Source of the DNA: an uncultured Desulfospira sp.
Lineage (GTDB): Bacteria > Desulfobacterota > Desulfobacteria > Desulfobacterales > Desulfobacteraceae
Assembly: GCA_963663165.1 (NCBI GenBank)
Contig: OY760175.1
Location: 2,688,001-2,752,000, forward strand
Length of the DNA stretch: 64,000 nt
Direction: 5' to 3'
Position numbers and translations under genes: made by a program. The notes beneath the pieces are model-generated. The model was given only the letters and a program-made list of their open reading frames with translations. It ran no database searches and was not told the DNA's origin. Numbering within the stretch: the first letter of the stretch is position 1; each line of letters starts with the position of its first letter. Shown piece by piece: positions 49,719 to 60,895 of this stretch.

Positions 49719-50128
49719 ACCGTCATCATCTGTAATAATGACAATCCAAAATTCAATTTTATTGGAGTTCTTTATTTTTCAGTTTCGGAATGGATGGCTT
49801 TTTTTACATGGGATGCGCCTGCCGGCAGGTCCGGCGAAGCGGCCGGGCTATGTAAAATTTTTCCTAAATCGCCGGATTGCTGTTACATTTTGTTCCTAAA
49901 AGTAGCACCTTTTTTTCATAATTTTTCCTGTCCCCGCGGTTTTTCAGAACCACCTTTTTTTATTGAAGATTATAGAACGCCTTCATCCATGGGGATTCCG
50001 GTGATCCGGCGAAATCTTTGGGGTGTTTCGGAATATTTTTTGCATAATTTTTGAACGTAAACCCGATAATTTGATGCCTTTTTTAGGATTAACCGGTTAT
50101 GGATCAACCATAATAAGGAGAAAATCAG

Positions 50129-52102
50129 ATGAAACGCTTTTTGAAAGGCCTGGCAATCCCGGGCGTTTTTTTACTGGCCGCAGGGTTAATGCTCTGCGGA
50201 CCTGCGGGTGCCGTGGACTGTTCCGGGTGTTATGGTGAGGCGCTGTCTTTTTGCGGGATCGAAACCCCATTAGAAAATGAGGAATGCTTTCATTCAGAAT
50301 ACAGCTTCTGCCTGGAGTTCTGCTGTAAGGATGGATGTTATATGGATGTTGTTGATCCATGCCAGGTGACCTGTTATGAAAATTATTATTTATGTGAAAG
50401 TGCCTGCCATGACGATTGTGAGCAGCAATATTGTGGAGAAGAAGGGTGCGGGGAGGGATACGATCCATGTATGGGAGAGTGTACCTATTCCTGTGAACAG
50501 ACACGGGATGATTGCGGTTATCAGTGTGAATATGACAACCCGGAATTTGATTTATGTGTCACTGAGTGCCAGTCAGGAGGAGACATTGACGGGGATGGTG
50601 TTAGCGACGCCATCGACAACTGCGTTTACATCCCTAACCCGGGCCAGGATGATGCCGACGATGACTTCATCGGAGATGCCTGTGACAACTGCAGCAGCGT
50701 ATCCAATCCTTACCAGGAAGACGATGACGATGATTATGCCGGCAATGCCTGTGATCTGTGCCCTTGGGTATACAGCAATGCGCCTTATCAGGACACCGAC
50801 GGAGACGGGGAAGGAGATGCCTGTGATCCGGACATTGATGGGGACGGGCACCTCAATGAGTCGGACAACTGCCCCTTTGTATCCAACTATTTGCAGGAAG
50901 ATGCAGACGGGGACGGCATCGGCGATGCCTGCGATCTGACAGACATCCGGATCAGTGCAGCCTCTTATCAGACCCTGGACCTGTCCATGAAAAAGGCACC
51001 GGAACTGGACAGCCCGGAAAACGGCCATGCACTCTATGACATTTCTCCGGTCAGTCCTTTCATGGCCGCGGCGTTTGATATCAGCAGCGATGATTCAGAA
51101 CGGGTGGTGGGATGGTATGCCCCTGATACCGCGTTTGACAATGAACGGCGCGGATTTGTGTGGGGAGATGATTTTGACACCGATTCCAACACAGATGATG
51201 CCGTCCGGATTAAAATATCGGAAGAAAATGCTGACAATACCATGTTATGGGGAATCTACAACGACTCAAATTATGTAGGGCAGTACACTTTGGACGGTGT
51301 AAAACAAGGGGTGTGGGTACAACGGTCTTACGCACCGGAATTAGGACTTTATTCCTATTCATACCAGCCCCTGGTCCCGGATTTATCCGGTGCATACTCC
51401 AGCAGCGCCTGGGATTATGCTGTCGTGGACGGCTCCGTCAGCATTGTGGGCCGTTATTATAGCCAGACAACAGGGCAGGATCATGGCTATCTATACCAGC
51501 GGACGTACAGCCCCAACCTTACGGAAACCTATACCGCCATTAGCATGCCCGGGGCCAGTGGCACCTATGGCAGCGGCATTAACGACAACGGGCAGATTGT
51601 CGGGTACTACAGTGATGTGTCGGGTACCCACGGGTTTTTGTTTGACGGAACCAACTATGTCTCCATCAATGTTCCCGGGGCCGTCAGCACCCTGGCCTAC
51701 CGTATCAATAACCAGGAAGACATTTGCGGCTACTTTTTAGGAACGGACGAACAATACCACGGGTTTGTCTATTCAGGCACCCAATTTCAGACCTTTGACA
51801 TTGAAGGGGCCAAGGACACCTTTGCCTTTGGCCTCAATGATGACGGTAAAATTACCGGATACTTCAGAGATAAACTGGGCACCCACTCGTTTGTGGCACA
51901 GCCCCTTCCTGAAACTACTGTCTGCATAGGAGATTTTGACAATGACAATGACGTGGACAGTGAAGACCTTGGTGTTTTTGCGGGACTTTTCGGGGTGAGC
52001 GGCAGTGAAAGCCCTGCAGACATTGCCGCTCCTTCGGACAATGATGTGGACGGCCTGGATTTGGCCAAGTTTATCACCTGCCTGACCACGGGATGTCCCT
52101 AA
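50129..52102 (+). CDS. Secreted protein: Cys-rich region, thrombospondin type-3 repeats, beta-repeat domain, dockerin-like C-terminus
   Basis: Signal peptide, DxDGDGxxDxCDNC…N..Q.D repeats, GIND.GQIVG.Y…HGF repeats, [12 protein letters not shown]. Confidence 0.8.
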   Translation: MKRFLKGLAIPGVFLLAAGLMLCGPAGAVDCSGCYGEALSFCGIETPLENEECFHSEYSFCLEFCCKDGCYMDVVDPCQVTCYENYYLCESACHDDCEQQYCGEEGCGEGYDPCMGECTYSCEQTRDDCGYQCEYDNPEFDLCVTECQSGGDIDGDGVSDAIDNCVYIPNPGQDDADDDFIGDACDNCSSVSNPYQEDDDDDYAGNACDLCPWVYSNAPYQDTDGDGEGDACDPDIDGDGHLNESDNCPFVSNYLQEDADGDGIGDACDLTDIRISAASYQTLDLSMKKAPELDSPENGHALYDISPVSPFMAAAFDISSDDSERVVGWYAPDTAFDNERRGFVWGDDFDTDSNTDDAVRIKISEENADNTMLWGIYNDSNYVGQYTLDGVKQGVWVQRSYAPELGLYSYSYQPLVPDLSGAYSSSAWDYAVVDGSVSIVGRYYSQTTGQDHGYLYQRTYSPNLTETYTAISMPGASGTYGSGINDNGQIVGYYSDVSGTHGFLFDGTNYVSINVPGAVSTLAYRINNQEDICGYFLGTDEQYHGFVYSGTQFQTFDIEGAKDTFAFGLNDDGKITGYFRDKLGTHSFVAQPLPETTVCIGDFDNDNDVDSEDLGVFAGLFGVSGSESPADIAAPSDNDVDGLDLAKFITCLTTGCP

Positions 52103-52128
52103 TTCGTTTAAAAAACAGATAAATTTCT

Positions 52129-52176
52129 TGCCGGGGCCTTTGTTCTCATTTCCAGAACAAAGGCCCCGGCATTTTT
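52129..52176. terminator. Terminator between convergent genes
   Basis: TGCCGGGGCCTTTGTTCT-loop-AGAACAAAGGCCCCGGCA followed by T residues. Confidence 0.85.
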
Positions 52177-52197
52177 AACTCTTTCGGGACCAAGGGC

Positions 52198-53733
52198 TCA
52201 GCTGGGCCGGGCCACCAGGACCGGCACCTTTGAATGCCGGATCACGCCCTGAGCCGTGGAGCCCAGGAAAAAGTCTTCAAGGCCGTCCTGGCCGTGGGTG
52301 CCCATGATGATCAGATCAAAGTTGCCCTGTTGGGCTTCCCGGACAATTTCATCCACCGGGTCTCCGGTTCTCACGATGATATTCTCTTCGGCCAGGGGGC
52401 AGGTGGGGATTTCCTCCAGAACTTTTTTGGAGGTCTTTCTGATTCGGTCACGGACAGTCTCTTCTGCCTGCGCCACCGCCTGCCGGTCCATTTTTTCTTT
52501 TTCTTCTTTGTCCATCTGGCCTGAAAGGTTCATGCCGGCCTGGGAAGACTCCGCCTCCATGGGATCGCCGACCACATGCATGGCCCATACCTTGGCATTG
52601 AACTTATTGCCGATGGTGCAGGCGTACCGGGCGGCAAACTTGGCCGTGTCCGAAATATCCGTGGCAAACAGGATCTTTTGGATATTCATGGTCATGGGGC
52701 CCTGGATGGTCTCTTCCGGGGCTTTGGCCGGCGGGGCGGAAGGGGCCGCTTCTGTTTCGTCTTCGGTTTCTTTCAGGGGGCCAAAAATCCTGCTGGTAAA
52801 CTTCACATACCAGGCCGCGGACTGGACCTGTATAATATAGGCCACCGCCACCACTAAAGCCGCGCTGGCCCCTTCTTTGCCGAATGCGTTAATGGCAATG
52901 GCAAGAGCAATGGACAAATTGCGCATCACCGATCCGTAGACCAGGGCAATGGCATCGCCTCTGGGCAGAAAGTACTTGCCCACCATACTGCTCAATACAT
53001 AGTTGAGCCCGTAGATGATCACCAGGGGAATTAAGATGTAGAACAGCATGGCCGGGGCTGCGGCAATGCCCTTGGCCTTAAGGGCCATGGCAATGAACAC
53101 GATGCCGATCACCCCTAAGGTGGACAGGGCCGGGAACTTGGGGCCGATATTCTTTTGAAAGGATTTCATTCCGTACTTTTTGACCAGGTGCCGGCGGGTC
53201 AGGAATCCGGCCGCCATGGGCAGAAAAACAATGATCACAATCTGCTGCATGACCTTGGCAAAGTTGATCTCAATGGAGGCCCCCATGAGCAGTTTAACGT
53301 AAAACGGGGTGGCAATGGAGCCTAAGGTCAGCCCGATCACGGTCATCTTGACGGCAGCGGCAATGTTGCCCTTGGCAAATCCGGTCCAGGAAATGGTCAT
53401 GCCCGAAGTGGGAACCAGGCCGGCCAGAAGAAGCCCTAAGGCCATATACGGCTGGTTTCTGAAAAATATCAGGCCGGCCACCCAGGCCACAAAGGGAATA
53501 ATGCCGAAGTTGATCACCTGGGTTAACACCTGGGCCTTGCCGTCACCGCCTTCAAACACCTTCTGGATGTTTAAGGTGACCATCATGGGGTAGACCATCA
53601 GAAAGGTAAAGGGGATGATCATGCCCTTGAGAAACTGGGCATCAAATATAATCCCGAAAATGAACCCCGAGACCATCATGACCGGGATAGCGATAATCAG
53701 ATTTTTTGAAATTTTACCTAAGAATTTCCACAT
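52198..53733 (-). CDS. Acr3/BASS-family transporter fused to a universal stress protein domain
   Basis: MVYPMM, PTSGMTISWTGFAKGN, RNLSIALA; C-terminal KILFATD…DLIIMGTHG…GSTA..V.R.S.VPVLV. Confidence 0.85.
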   Translation of the reverse strand: MWKFLGKISKNLIIAIPVMMVSGFIFGIIFDAQFLKGMIIPFTFLMVYPMMVTLNIQKVFEGGDGKAQVLTQVINFGIIPFVAWVAGLIFFRNQPYMALGLLLAGLVPTSGMTISWTGFAKGNIAAAVKMTVIGLTLGSIATPFYVKLLMGASIEINFAKVMQQIVIIVFLPMAAGFLTRRHLVKKYGMKSFQKNIGPKFPALSTLGVIGIVFIAMALKAKGIAAAPAMLFYILIPLVIIYGLNYVLSSMVGKYFLPRGDAIALVYGSVMRNLSIALAIAINAFGKEGASAALVVAVAYIIQVQSAAWYVKFTSRIFGPLKETEDETEAAPSAPPAKAPEETIQGPMTMNIQKILFATDISDTAKFAARYACTIGNKFNAKVWAMHVVGDPMEAESSQAGMNLSGQMDKEEKEKMDRQAVAQAEETVRDRIRKTSKKVLEEIPTCPLAEENIIVRTGDPVDEIVREAQQGNFDLIIMGTHGQDGLEDFFLGSTAQGVIRHSKVPVLVARPS

Positions 53734-53809
53734 ATGTTTTGGGGTCCTTTTGATTTAGGGGGTTAGGCTGAAGGGGGACACTATCCTTCAGTCTAACAGC
53801 CTTCAGTCT

Positions 53810-55912
53810 TCAGCCTACTTTTTCCAAACTTGGAAAAAGTTTCATGTCCGTATGGGGCAGGAACTGGGCCTGGATAAATTCGTCCATGAACCGGCTGGAA
53901 CTTGAAAAATCCACATAGGTCATGGTGTTGGAAATTTCCACGGCCTTTCTTCTGTAATCCCTTGACATCAGGGCCATGTAGGCCCCGGCCACAGAGCTGT
54001 TGCCCATGTATTTGAATTTGTCCCGGTCAATGTCCGGCAACAGGCCGATGCTCACCGCTTTGTCAATGTTCAGGTACTGGCCGAATCCGCCGGTGATGAT
54101 AAATTGTTCCACCATGGAAAAGTCCATGCCGATGCCTTCAAGAAGAGAAACAAAACCGGCATAAACGGCCGCCTTGCTCAGCACCAGGCTGCGGATATCA
54201 GATTCCGTGAAAATAATGTCGTCACTGGTATCTGCGTTTTCACTGGATTCAATGATAAAGGCCGGTTCCTCTTTAAACCGGGTCATCCTCGGATGGATGT
54301 CATATAAAAGAAACTTTCCGTCCTGGCCGATGACGCCCTTGTCCAGCATTTCCGAGAGCAGATCAATCATGCCTGACCCGCAGATGCCCCGGGCCGGTTT
54401 GTTCTCAACCGTTGAATAGTCCGGGTCAAAGGTGTTGGGGTTGAGGCTGATTTTTTCAATGGCACCGTCCTCGGCCCGCATGCCGAAACGGATCCCGCCC
54501 CCTTCAAAGGCAGGCCCGGCCGAACAGGCCGCAGTCATGAGAAATTCTTTAGAGCCTAAGACAATCTCACCGTTGGTACCGATGTCGATAAACATGGTTA
54601 AGGGGTCTTTATCGTAAAACCCCGTGTAAAGGACGCCCGAGACAATATCCCCGCCCACATACCCGGCAGGACCGGGCATGATGAATACCCCGGCATAATG
54701 GGCGGCTTTCAGCCCGATTTCCCCGGCCTTGATAATGGGGAATTCCGACACCGTGGGGATATAGGGTTCCCGGCGGATATAGGCGGCTTCAATTCCCAAG
54801 GCCAGGTGAACCATGGTGGTATTGCCGGAGATGACCACGTTCTCAATCTGGTGATGGCTCTCTTCAAGGCTGTCCAGGGCCCTTAAGGTCAGGTTGTTGA
54901 TGGTGGAGATGGCCATTTTTTTAAGCTTGGCCACCCCGTCCTTTTCAGAGCAGACGATCCGGTTGATCACATCATCCCCGCAGGCGGCCTGGCTGTTATG
55001 GCCCGAGGCCCCGGAGATGATTTTCCCGGTGACCATGTCCACAATATAGACCACAATGGAGGTGGTTCCGAGATCCACGGCAAGCCCTAAGGACCTTGAG
55101 GCCTCATGGGCGGGTTTGACCTCCACAATTTCAGAGGAACATTTTTTCACCAGGACAGACACTTCCACATGCCAGTTGTCTTTCCGCACGGCCTGGGTCA
55201 GCTGCCGCATGACCCGGATGCTGGCGCTCATCCTTTCAATATCACAGCCGTTCTGTTTGAGACCCCGCTTCAGGCGCTCAAGATCGCTGACCGTATCATC
55301 AAGGCTTGGGGGCGCCATTTCCAGAATATATTTTTTCACCATGGGGTCCGGTGTCAGGACCAGGCCGGACAGTTTTTCAGTGGCCTCTTTGCCCATACCC
55401 ACGGCCTTGAGCTTTTTCTCTAAGGTCTCTTCAGGAATCCGGACCGTCACATCGCCCGTGACAATGGCCTGGCAACTTAAAACCATGCCTTTTTGAAGCT
55501 CCATATCCGTAAGCAAAGAGGTATGGGTTCCGTTTTTAACACTGCCGGATTCCACGATCAATTTGCATTTGCCGCAGGAGCCCTTGCCGTTGCACGAGGC
55601 ATTGACATAGACATCGGCTTTCCCTGCCGCTTCCAGCAGGTTGGTCCCGGCAGGGACCTTGACGGTCACATCCTGGGGCTGAAAACTAACCGAACAGGCC
55701 GAAGAATCATCGTCAGCGGCCTGGGCTGCTGCGGCTTTTTTTTCAGTTTTGTCAAACCCCTTTTTGGAGATGAAATGGATGGGGCAGGAAGATCTATATT
55801 TACAATATATATCCGGGTCCCGGCACTCCAGGCAGTCTTCGCACAGATAGATCTGGTGCTTCATACAAAGATAATTGGTTTCGCGGTCAGGATGATTGAT
55901 GCAAGTGCCCAT
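53810..55912 (-). CDS. ASKHA-type reductive activator (RACo/RamA-like) with 2Fe-2S domain and extra Cys/His N-terminal module
   Basis: CNGKGSCGKC…LSCQ, DLGTTS, GDDVINRI, DIGTNGE, CSAGPAFEG. Confidence 0.88.
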   Translation of the reverse strand: MGTCINHPDRETNYLCMKHQIYLCEDCLECRDPDIYCKYRSSCPIHFISKKGFDKTEKKAAAAQAADDDSSACSVSFQPQDVTVKVPAGTNLLEAAGKADVYVNASCNGKGSCGKCKLIVESGSVKNGTHTSLLTDMELQKGMVLSCQAIVTGDVTVRIPEETLEKKLKAVGMGKEATEKLSGLVLTPDPMVKKYILEMAPPSLDDTVSDLERLKRGLKQNGCDIERMSASIRVMRQLTQAVRKDNWHVEVSVLVKKCSSEIVEVKPAHEASRSLGLAVDLGTTSIVVYIVDMVTGKIISGASGHNSQAACGDDVINRIVCSEKDGVAKLKKMAISTINNLTLRALDSLEESHHQIENVVISGNTTMVHLALGIEAAYIRREPYIPTVSEFPIIKAGEIGLKAAHYAGVFIMPGPAGYVGGDIVSGVLYTGFYDKDPLTMFIDIGTNGEIVLGSKEFLMTAACSAGPAFEGGGIRFGMRAEDGAIEKISLNPNTFDPDYSTVENKPARGICGSGMIDLLSEMLDKGVIGQDGKFLLYDIHPRMTRFKEEPAFIIESSENADTSDDIIFTESDIRSLVLSKAAVYAGFVSLLEGIGMDFSMVEQFIITGGFGQYLNIDKAVSIGLLPDIDRDKFKYMGNSSVAGAYMALMSRDYRRKAVEISNTMTYVDFSSSSRFMDEFIQAQFLPHTDMKLFPSLEKVG

Positions 55913-56032
55913 GATCTCTCCTTTGTTAGGTGGTTAGGCTGAAGGTGTTTGTTGAAGTTTATTAAAGTTATCCCGTACCCTTCAGTCTTCAGTCTAAACG
56001 CCTTTATTAGGGTTATAGGCTGAACCTAAGGT

Positions 56033-56509
56033 TTATAGCTTTTTAATTAATTCTTCAAGTTCTTTAAGGTCGGCCTCGTCAGGATGGCCTATGGCTGCCG
56101 GAGCATCGGGAAGCCATCCCGGAGGTTCAGGCTTCTGGCTTACCTTTTCAAGGACCTTGGGGTTCACCTCACCCTGGCAGGTGAATACGCCGGCCACATC
56201 TGCATTATTGGTCATCTCCACAGCATGCTGTATGGCGTTTTTCACATGATCCGAGCCCCTGGCCGCACCATGGGTGGCAAACAGAAAAATTCGCGACTGG
56301 CTGCCAAGGCCGGCCAGAAACGCCTGGGATTTGGGATCGGGCTTGCCGGCCATGAGCCAGAATCCCACCGCCACCAGGTCGTATCCGTCTGGGTCCGGGG
56401 CCTGGTCAACGGGAAAAAGGTCTTTTCCCCCATCCAGGGCATCATATATTTTTTCGGCAAGCTTCTGGGTGTTGCCGCTTTGGCTGGAATAAACAATCAA
56501 TGTTTTCAT
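56033..56509 (-). CDS. Flavodoxin family protein
   Basis: YSSQSGNTQKLA, VGFW, FATHG, GHPDEAD. Confidence 0.88.
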   Translation of the reverse strand: MKTLIVYSSQSGNTQKLAEKIYDALDGGKDLFPVDQAPDPDGYDLVAVGFWLMAGKPDPKSQAFLAGLGSQSRIFLFATHGAARGSDHVKNAIQHAVEMTNNADVAGVFTCQGEVNPKVLEKVSQKPEPPGWLPDAPAAIGHPDEADLKELEELIKKL

Positions 56510-56617
56510 TGGTATTCTCCTTGTTATGTCAGGTGGTTGGGCTCAAGTGTATTGAATCGCCTGTAAAACTGTTGCATTGGCTTCCAAATTTTTCCTTTTC
56601 AGCCCAACCCCCTTTTT

Positions 56618-58693
56618 TTAGTTTTCAGTCTCCAGCTTCCGGTCTCCAGTCTCCGGTTTCCGGTCTCCTGTTTCATACCCCATTGGCAGCTTCTTGAACC
56701 GGCCGCCGTAAATAATGGGATCACCCTTATACCCCAGGGCTTTAAAGTTAATATAATCGGTTTTGTTGATCAGGTGTTCCACATCCCTTCCCTTGGATTT
56801 CATAAAGGAAAAGTCGGTTCCCTTCTGGGCAATGGCTTTAAAATCCACATTCCGGTTATCCTGGTGGCACCGGTTGCAGGTTTGATCGCCCTTCAGGCTT
56901 TCATGGCACTGGACACAGGACAGGGCCATGTCTGCGGGCATGACTTCATGCTCTAAGCGCCAGTACATCCAGGTCTCTTTCCATTTGTATGATCCGGAGT
57001 AGGGCAGGTCCACGGCGTTCATGCCGTCCTCAAAGGCCTTGTCCCAGTCCAGGTTTTTCCAGTAAGCGGTTTTGTCCTCCTTGTTTCTGGGAAACAGGTG
57101 GGGAATCAGGATGGTTTCATGGTCCGCATCCACGGCCTGGATGCCTTTCATGATCTTGAAGGGCGTGATTTTGGACGAGGGATCCTTCATAGAGCCCACC
57201 GGTGTCGTCAGGTTGATGACAGCGGCATTGAGATCCACGGTATCCCCCATGAGAACCCGGTCCATATATCCTGAATACCACTGATAATCCGGGACAGCGG
57301 ATTCCTCCCATTTAAACTCGCCTTTTTTCCAGTCATAGTCCGGCTTTCCGTACTTATCCATCTGGGGTTTTCTCTTTTTGTCCCCGGCCTTGGACCAGTC
57401 CCAGAAGGTCTTGGTGGGCTTGCACTTGGCAAACACAGGGGAATGGCAGACATTGCAGTCCAGGGTTTTGCTGTGGCTGTTCAGGTGATGATCTAAGAGG
57501 CCGCCGCTGTAATGGGGCGCCTCACCATGACAGTTTTCGCATGACACCGCCCCCTCGGCCACAGGGACCGACGTACTGCGGCCGGAAATTTTATGGTTCC
57601 GGGTCTTATGGCATTCAGTACAGGCAAAATCATATCCGCCCATGTGAATGTCACAGCTTCGTTCAGGGTTGAGCAGCTGCCGGGACATGTCGGCGTGTTT
57701 GATGGCGTCCCCGCCCCCGCCGTTAAAGTGGCAGGAACCGCAGGAAGCCCGGCCGGAATGCCCCACGTTCTGGGCCACCATTTTCAAATCCACCTCTTTT
57801 TTGGGCATGCCGGCTCCCGGCGGGTCTTTCTGGTAAGTGCCCGTGGTGTCGTGGCAGACCAGGCAGTCCATTTTTGTCTTATCGGTAAAATCAAAGTTTG
57901 CGTCTTTCCATCCATATCCGGCATGACAGCTTGTGCAACGAGCCTCGTTGCTGATGGGGCTGATTCAATAGTTGTTCAGGGCCGTGGTGCCCTTGCCGTG
58001 CAGGATGTCCTTTCGATGCCCCGTGGTATAAGGTGAAGGGCCTTTCCAGAGCCAGTGGGCGCTTGTCAGCATGTCTTCTGCCTGGGTGTCGTGGCACCTG
58101 AGGCATTCTGCCGTAACCTGAAAGGGATCAGCACCGTCGGGCAGGTTGACCAGTTCTTTGTGGTTGGGAACATTTTTTAAATGGCATCCCTTGCAGTCTG
58201 TGGGCCCTTTGGCCTCATCCTTGTGGCATTCCATGCACTGCTGGTGGTAGGCGGCTTTCAGCCCGATCCGTTCGGGATGGTCTTCATCAAAGGCCTCCTG
58301 GTGGCAGGCCGAACACCGTGTGGTTTCTAGGGCAGCCTCATCTTTTGGCCGGTAATGATGGCATTTGGTGCAGTCCTGAATCAGGGCCGCATGCCGTTTA
58401 TGGGCAAACCGTACCGGTTCGTAATGGTCTTCTCTTTGTTTGATGACGGGGCTGTCCAGGAGAAAATAAACATCGGTAATATCTGATAAAGACAGGCCCT
58501 CTTTTAAAAGACGCATCTTGCGGGCGATCTGGTCTTCATTTTTGTACTCACTGACAAAGGGGACCGTTTCCAGGGTCCTTGCCTTGGCCGCTTCCTGGTC
58601 CGGGGCACGCCAATCCTTGGCGGCCAGGCAGACAGCGGTTTGCAAAAGCAGCAAACTCAACATTATGAGCCCAACCGTTAAGTTCCTATTCAT
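56618..58693 (-). CDS. 13-heme c-type cytochrome (c3-like domain fused to octaheme tetrathionate reductase family) with in-frame UGA at 57965-57967
   Basis: The two ORFs are in one frame separated by a single TGA (LNNY*ISPISNEARCTSCH). 13 CxxCH motifs, signal peptide, 691 aa if read through. Confidence 0.85.
57926..57964 (-). promoter_or_regulatory. Candidate bacterial SECIS element
   Basis: GCAACGA-GGC-UCGUUGC hairpin begins 14 nt after the UGA; possible lower CAGC/GCUG stem. Confidence 0.6.
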
Positions 58694-59886
58694 GATACCT
58701 CCTTGGTTGTTTGCAAAACAGGTAAATAGGTTACAACAATCCTGTAAATGAACATCAGCGTGGCAATCAGGCCGAAGGTCACCATCATTTCCCCGATGGA
58801 GGGGAAATAGCCCGGATCACTCAAGGGCGGTTTAAACCCCACAATGAACACGTTGATCCGGTTGAGCACCACACCGCCCACAATGAGGGTGGCCGCTGTG
58901 AAAACCCCTTTTCGGGAGGTTCTTATTTTTTTGGCCAGCAGCATGGCCCAGGGAATCATAACCCCGAATACCATTTCCACGATAAAGGAATTGGTCTGGG
59001 CGGTCCCGTCCAAAAGATAGGTCCAGGTGCCCCGCACTGCCATATCCCCGATTTTCAGGGCCATGTAAATTCCCAGGAGGACAATGGTGATCCGGGTCAG
59101 CGGCGACAGGATATTCATTTCAGAGTCCAGTTTAAACGAGGAGGTGGCAAGGGTGGTTTCAAATACCACCATGGGATACCCCACGGCAAAGGCCGAGGTT
59201 AAAAACAGCAGGGGCAGGATGGGCGTGTACCACAGGGGATGCAGTTTGGTGGGGGCAATGAGCATCAAAGACCCAAGGCTTGACTGGTGCATGCAGGACA
59301 GCACCACCCCCAGGATGATCAATATCCACATGATTTTGTCCACTATGGCGTCTCCGATTTTCAGGACCGCTTCGATCAGGCCGTTGAGTCCGGCAAAGGG
59401 GCCGGGCAGGTTCACCCGCCCCTTGAACTGTTCGGCCACGATGGGGAAAAATTCAAGGTAAAGCACATTCAGGTAGCACATGACACACATGGCCACCTCA
59501 AATAGAACCGAGTTGGGGTTCCAGTTGAACATGGGCTTCCAGATGGCCCAGGACCGGCCAATGTCCACCATGAGCCCCAAGACCACAAAGGTGTAGCCAA
59601 GGACTGCCGTCAACAGGGCCGGCCGGGTGACGGGTTCGTAATAATGGCGGCCGAAGATATGGGCCAGGGCGGCGGTGGTAAATCCGCCGGCGGCCAGGGC
59701 CACCCCGGTGGCCACATCCACGCCGACCCACAGGCCCCAGGGCCTGGCCGTACTCAGGTTGGCCACATAGCCGATACCGCCGGTAAACCGGGCCATGATG
59801 GCGGCAAAACCAGCCGCCATAAAGGCCAGCATGACCAGGACCCCCGGGGTCCAGAAGGGCCTGTTTAAGGGACTTGCTTTATGCAT
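58690..59886 (-). CDS. NrfD/HybB/HmcC-type membrane subunit
   Basis: [41 protein letters not shown]. Confidence 0.9.
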   Translation of the reverse strand: MHKASPLNRPFWTPGVLVMLAFMAAGFAAIMARFTGGIGYVANLSTARPWGLWVGVDVATGVALAAGGFTTAALAHIFGRHYYEPVTRPALLTAVLGYTFVVLGLMVDIGRSWAIWKPMFNWNPNSVLFEVAMCVMCYLNVLYLEFFPIVAEQFKGRVNLPGPFAGLNGLIEAVLKIGDAIVDKIMWILIILGVVLSCMHQSSLGSLMLIAPTKLHPLWYTPILPLLFLTSAFAVGYPMVVFETTLATSSFKLDSEMNILSPLTRITIVLLGIYMALKIGDMAVRGTWTYLLDGTAQTNSFIVEMVFGVMIPWAMLLAKKIRTSRKGVFTAATLIVGGVVLNRINVFIVGFKPPLSDPGYFPSIGEMMVTFGLIATLMFIYRIVVTYLPVLQTTKEVS

Positions 59887-60802
59887 GGCCGCCTCCTTTC
59901 TCGTCTTTATTTTTGCCGTCAGCCTTGTTGAAACCGAACATGGCAACCCCGAGCAGCCCAAACAGGGCGATGGGGGACCACAGGTAGCTGAACAGGGAAT
60001 GCTGGATGGTTTCGGACAGCTCTGGAGACGGTTTGTCCGGCAGGACCGGCAGGTTGACCTTTTCAAAGGGAACCGCTGAAATATAAAGCCAGGACGTGCC
60101 GCCCACCTCTTTTTCCCCGTAAATATGGTTAATGTATTTGCCCGGGTTTTGAGTTACCCGTTTTCTGGCCACCTTGAGCAGGGTCTCTCTTTTGCCGAAG
60201 GTCAGGGCTTCGGTGGGGCAAATGGTGGCGCACCCGGGAAGCCCGCCGTCTTTTGAGATCCGGTCGTAGCAGAAGGTGCATTTCATGACCTTGGGGGTGA
60301 CCGGGTCAAAATATTCATAGGCCGGGATTTCAAAGGGGCAGGCCACCATGCAGTACCGGCACCCGATGCACTTGTCGGCATTGTACCGGACAGCGCCGGT
60401 TTCATCTTTGGTCAGGGCCCCCACAATACAGGCCGACACGCAGGCCGGGTCCTGGCAGTGCATGCACTGGACCTTGGCAAAGGTGGGCAACGGTTTGTCA
60501 AACTGGTCCAGCTGCCCTGTGAAATACCGGTTGACCACGGTATAAGCCTTGTCATCGGGCCGTCGTTTTTTCTCAAAGATGGTACACTGGCAGTTGGGCC
60601 GTTCCGGGGCCGGCAAATGGTTCACCTGGGCACAGGCTTCCTCGCATTTGCGGCAGCCCACGCACCGGGTCAGGTCCACCAGGCACCCGTAAGGATCCGG
60701 GGGCGCTTTGGACTTCCAGGCGTTGGCAGATGAAGGCGTTGCCGCGACGGTTGCGCCGGCGGCCCCCATGAATTTGAAAAAACTTCTTCGGGTCAGTTGC
60801 AT
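59879..60802 (-). CDS. Tat-exported 4Fe-4S subunit (HybA/HmcB-like)
   Basis: TRRSFFK signal, [37 protein letters not shown]. Confidence 0.9.
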   Translation of the reverse strand: MQLTRRSFFKFMGAAGATVAATPSSANAWKSKAPPDPYGCLVDLTRCVGCRKCEEACAQVNHLPAPERPNCQCTIFEKKRRPDDKAYTVVNRYFTGQLDQFDKPLPTFAKVQCMHCQDPACVSACIVGALTKDETGAVRYNADKCIGCRYCMVACPFEIPAYEYFDPVTPKVMKCTFCYDRISKDGGLPGCATICPTEALTFGKRETLLKVARKRVTQNPGKYINHIYGEKEVGGTSWLYISAVPFEKVNLPVLPDKPSPELSETIQHSLFSYLWSPIALFGLLGVAMFGFNKADGKNKDEKGGGHA

Positions 60803-60895
60803 TGGACCTCCATTGGTTAGGTTGTTAGGCTGAAGGGGTTTAGGCTTAAAGGGTGTCAATCCCTTCATGCCTATCAGTCTTCAGTCTATCCACCT

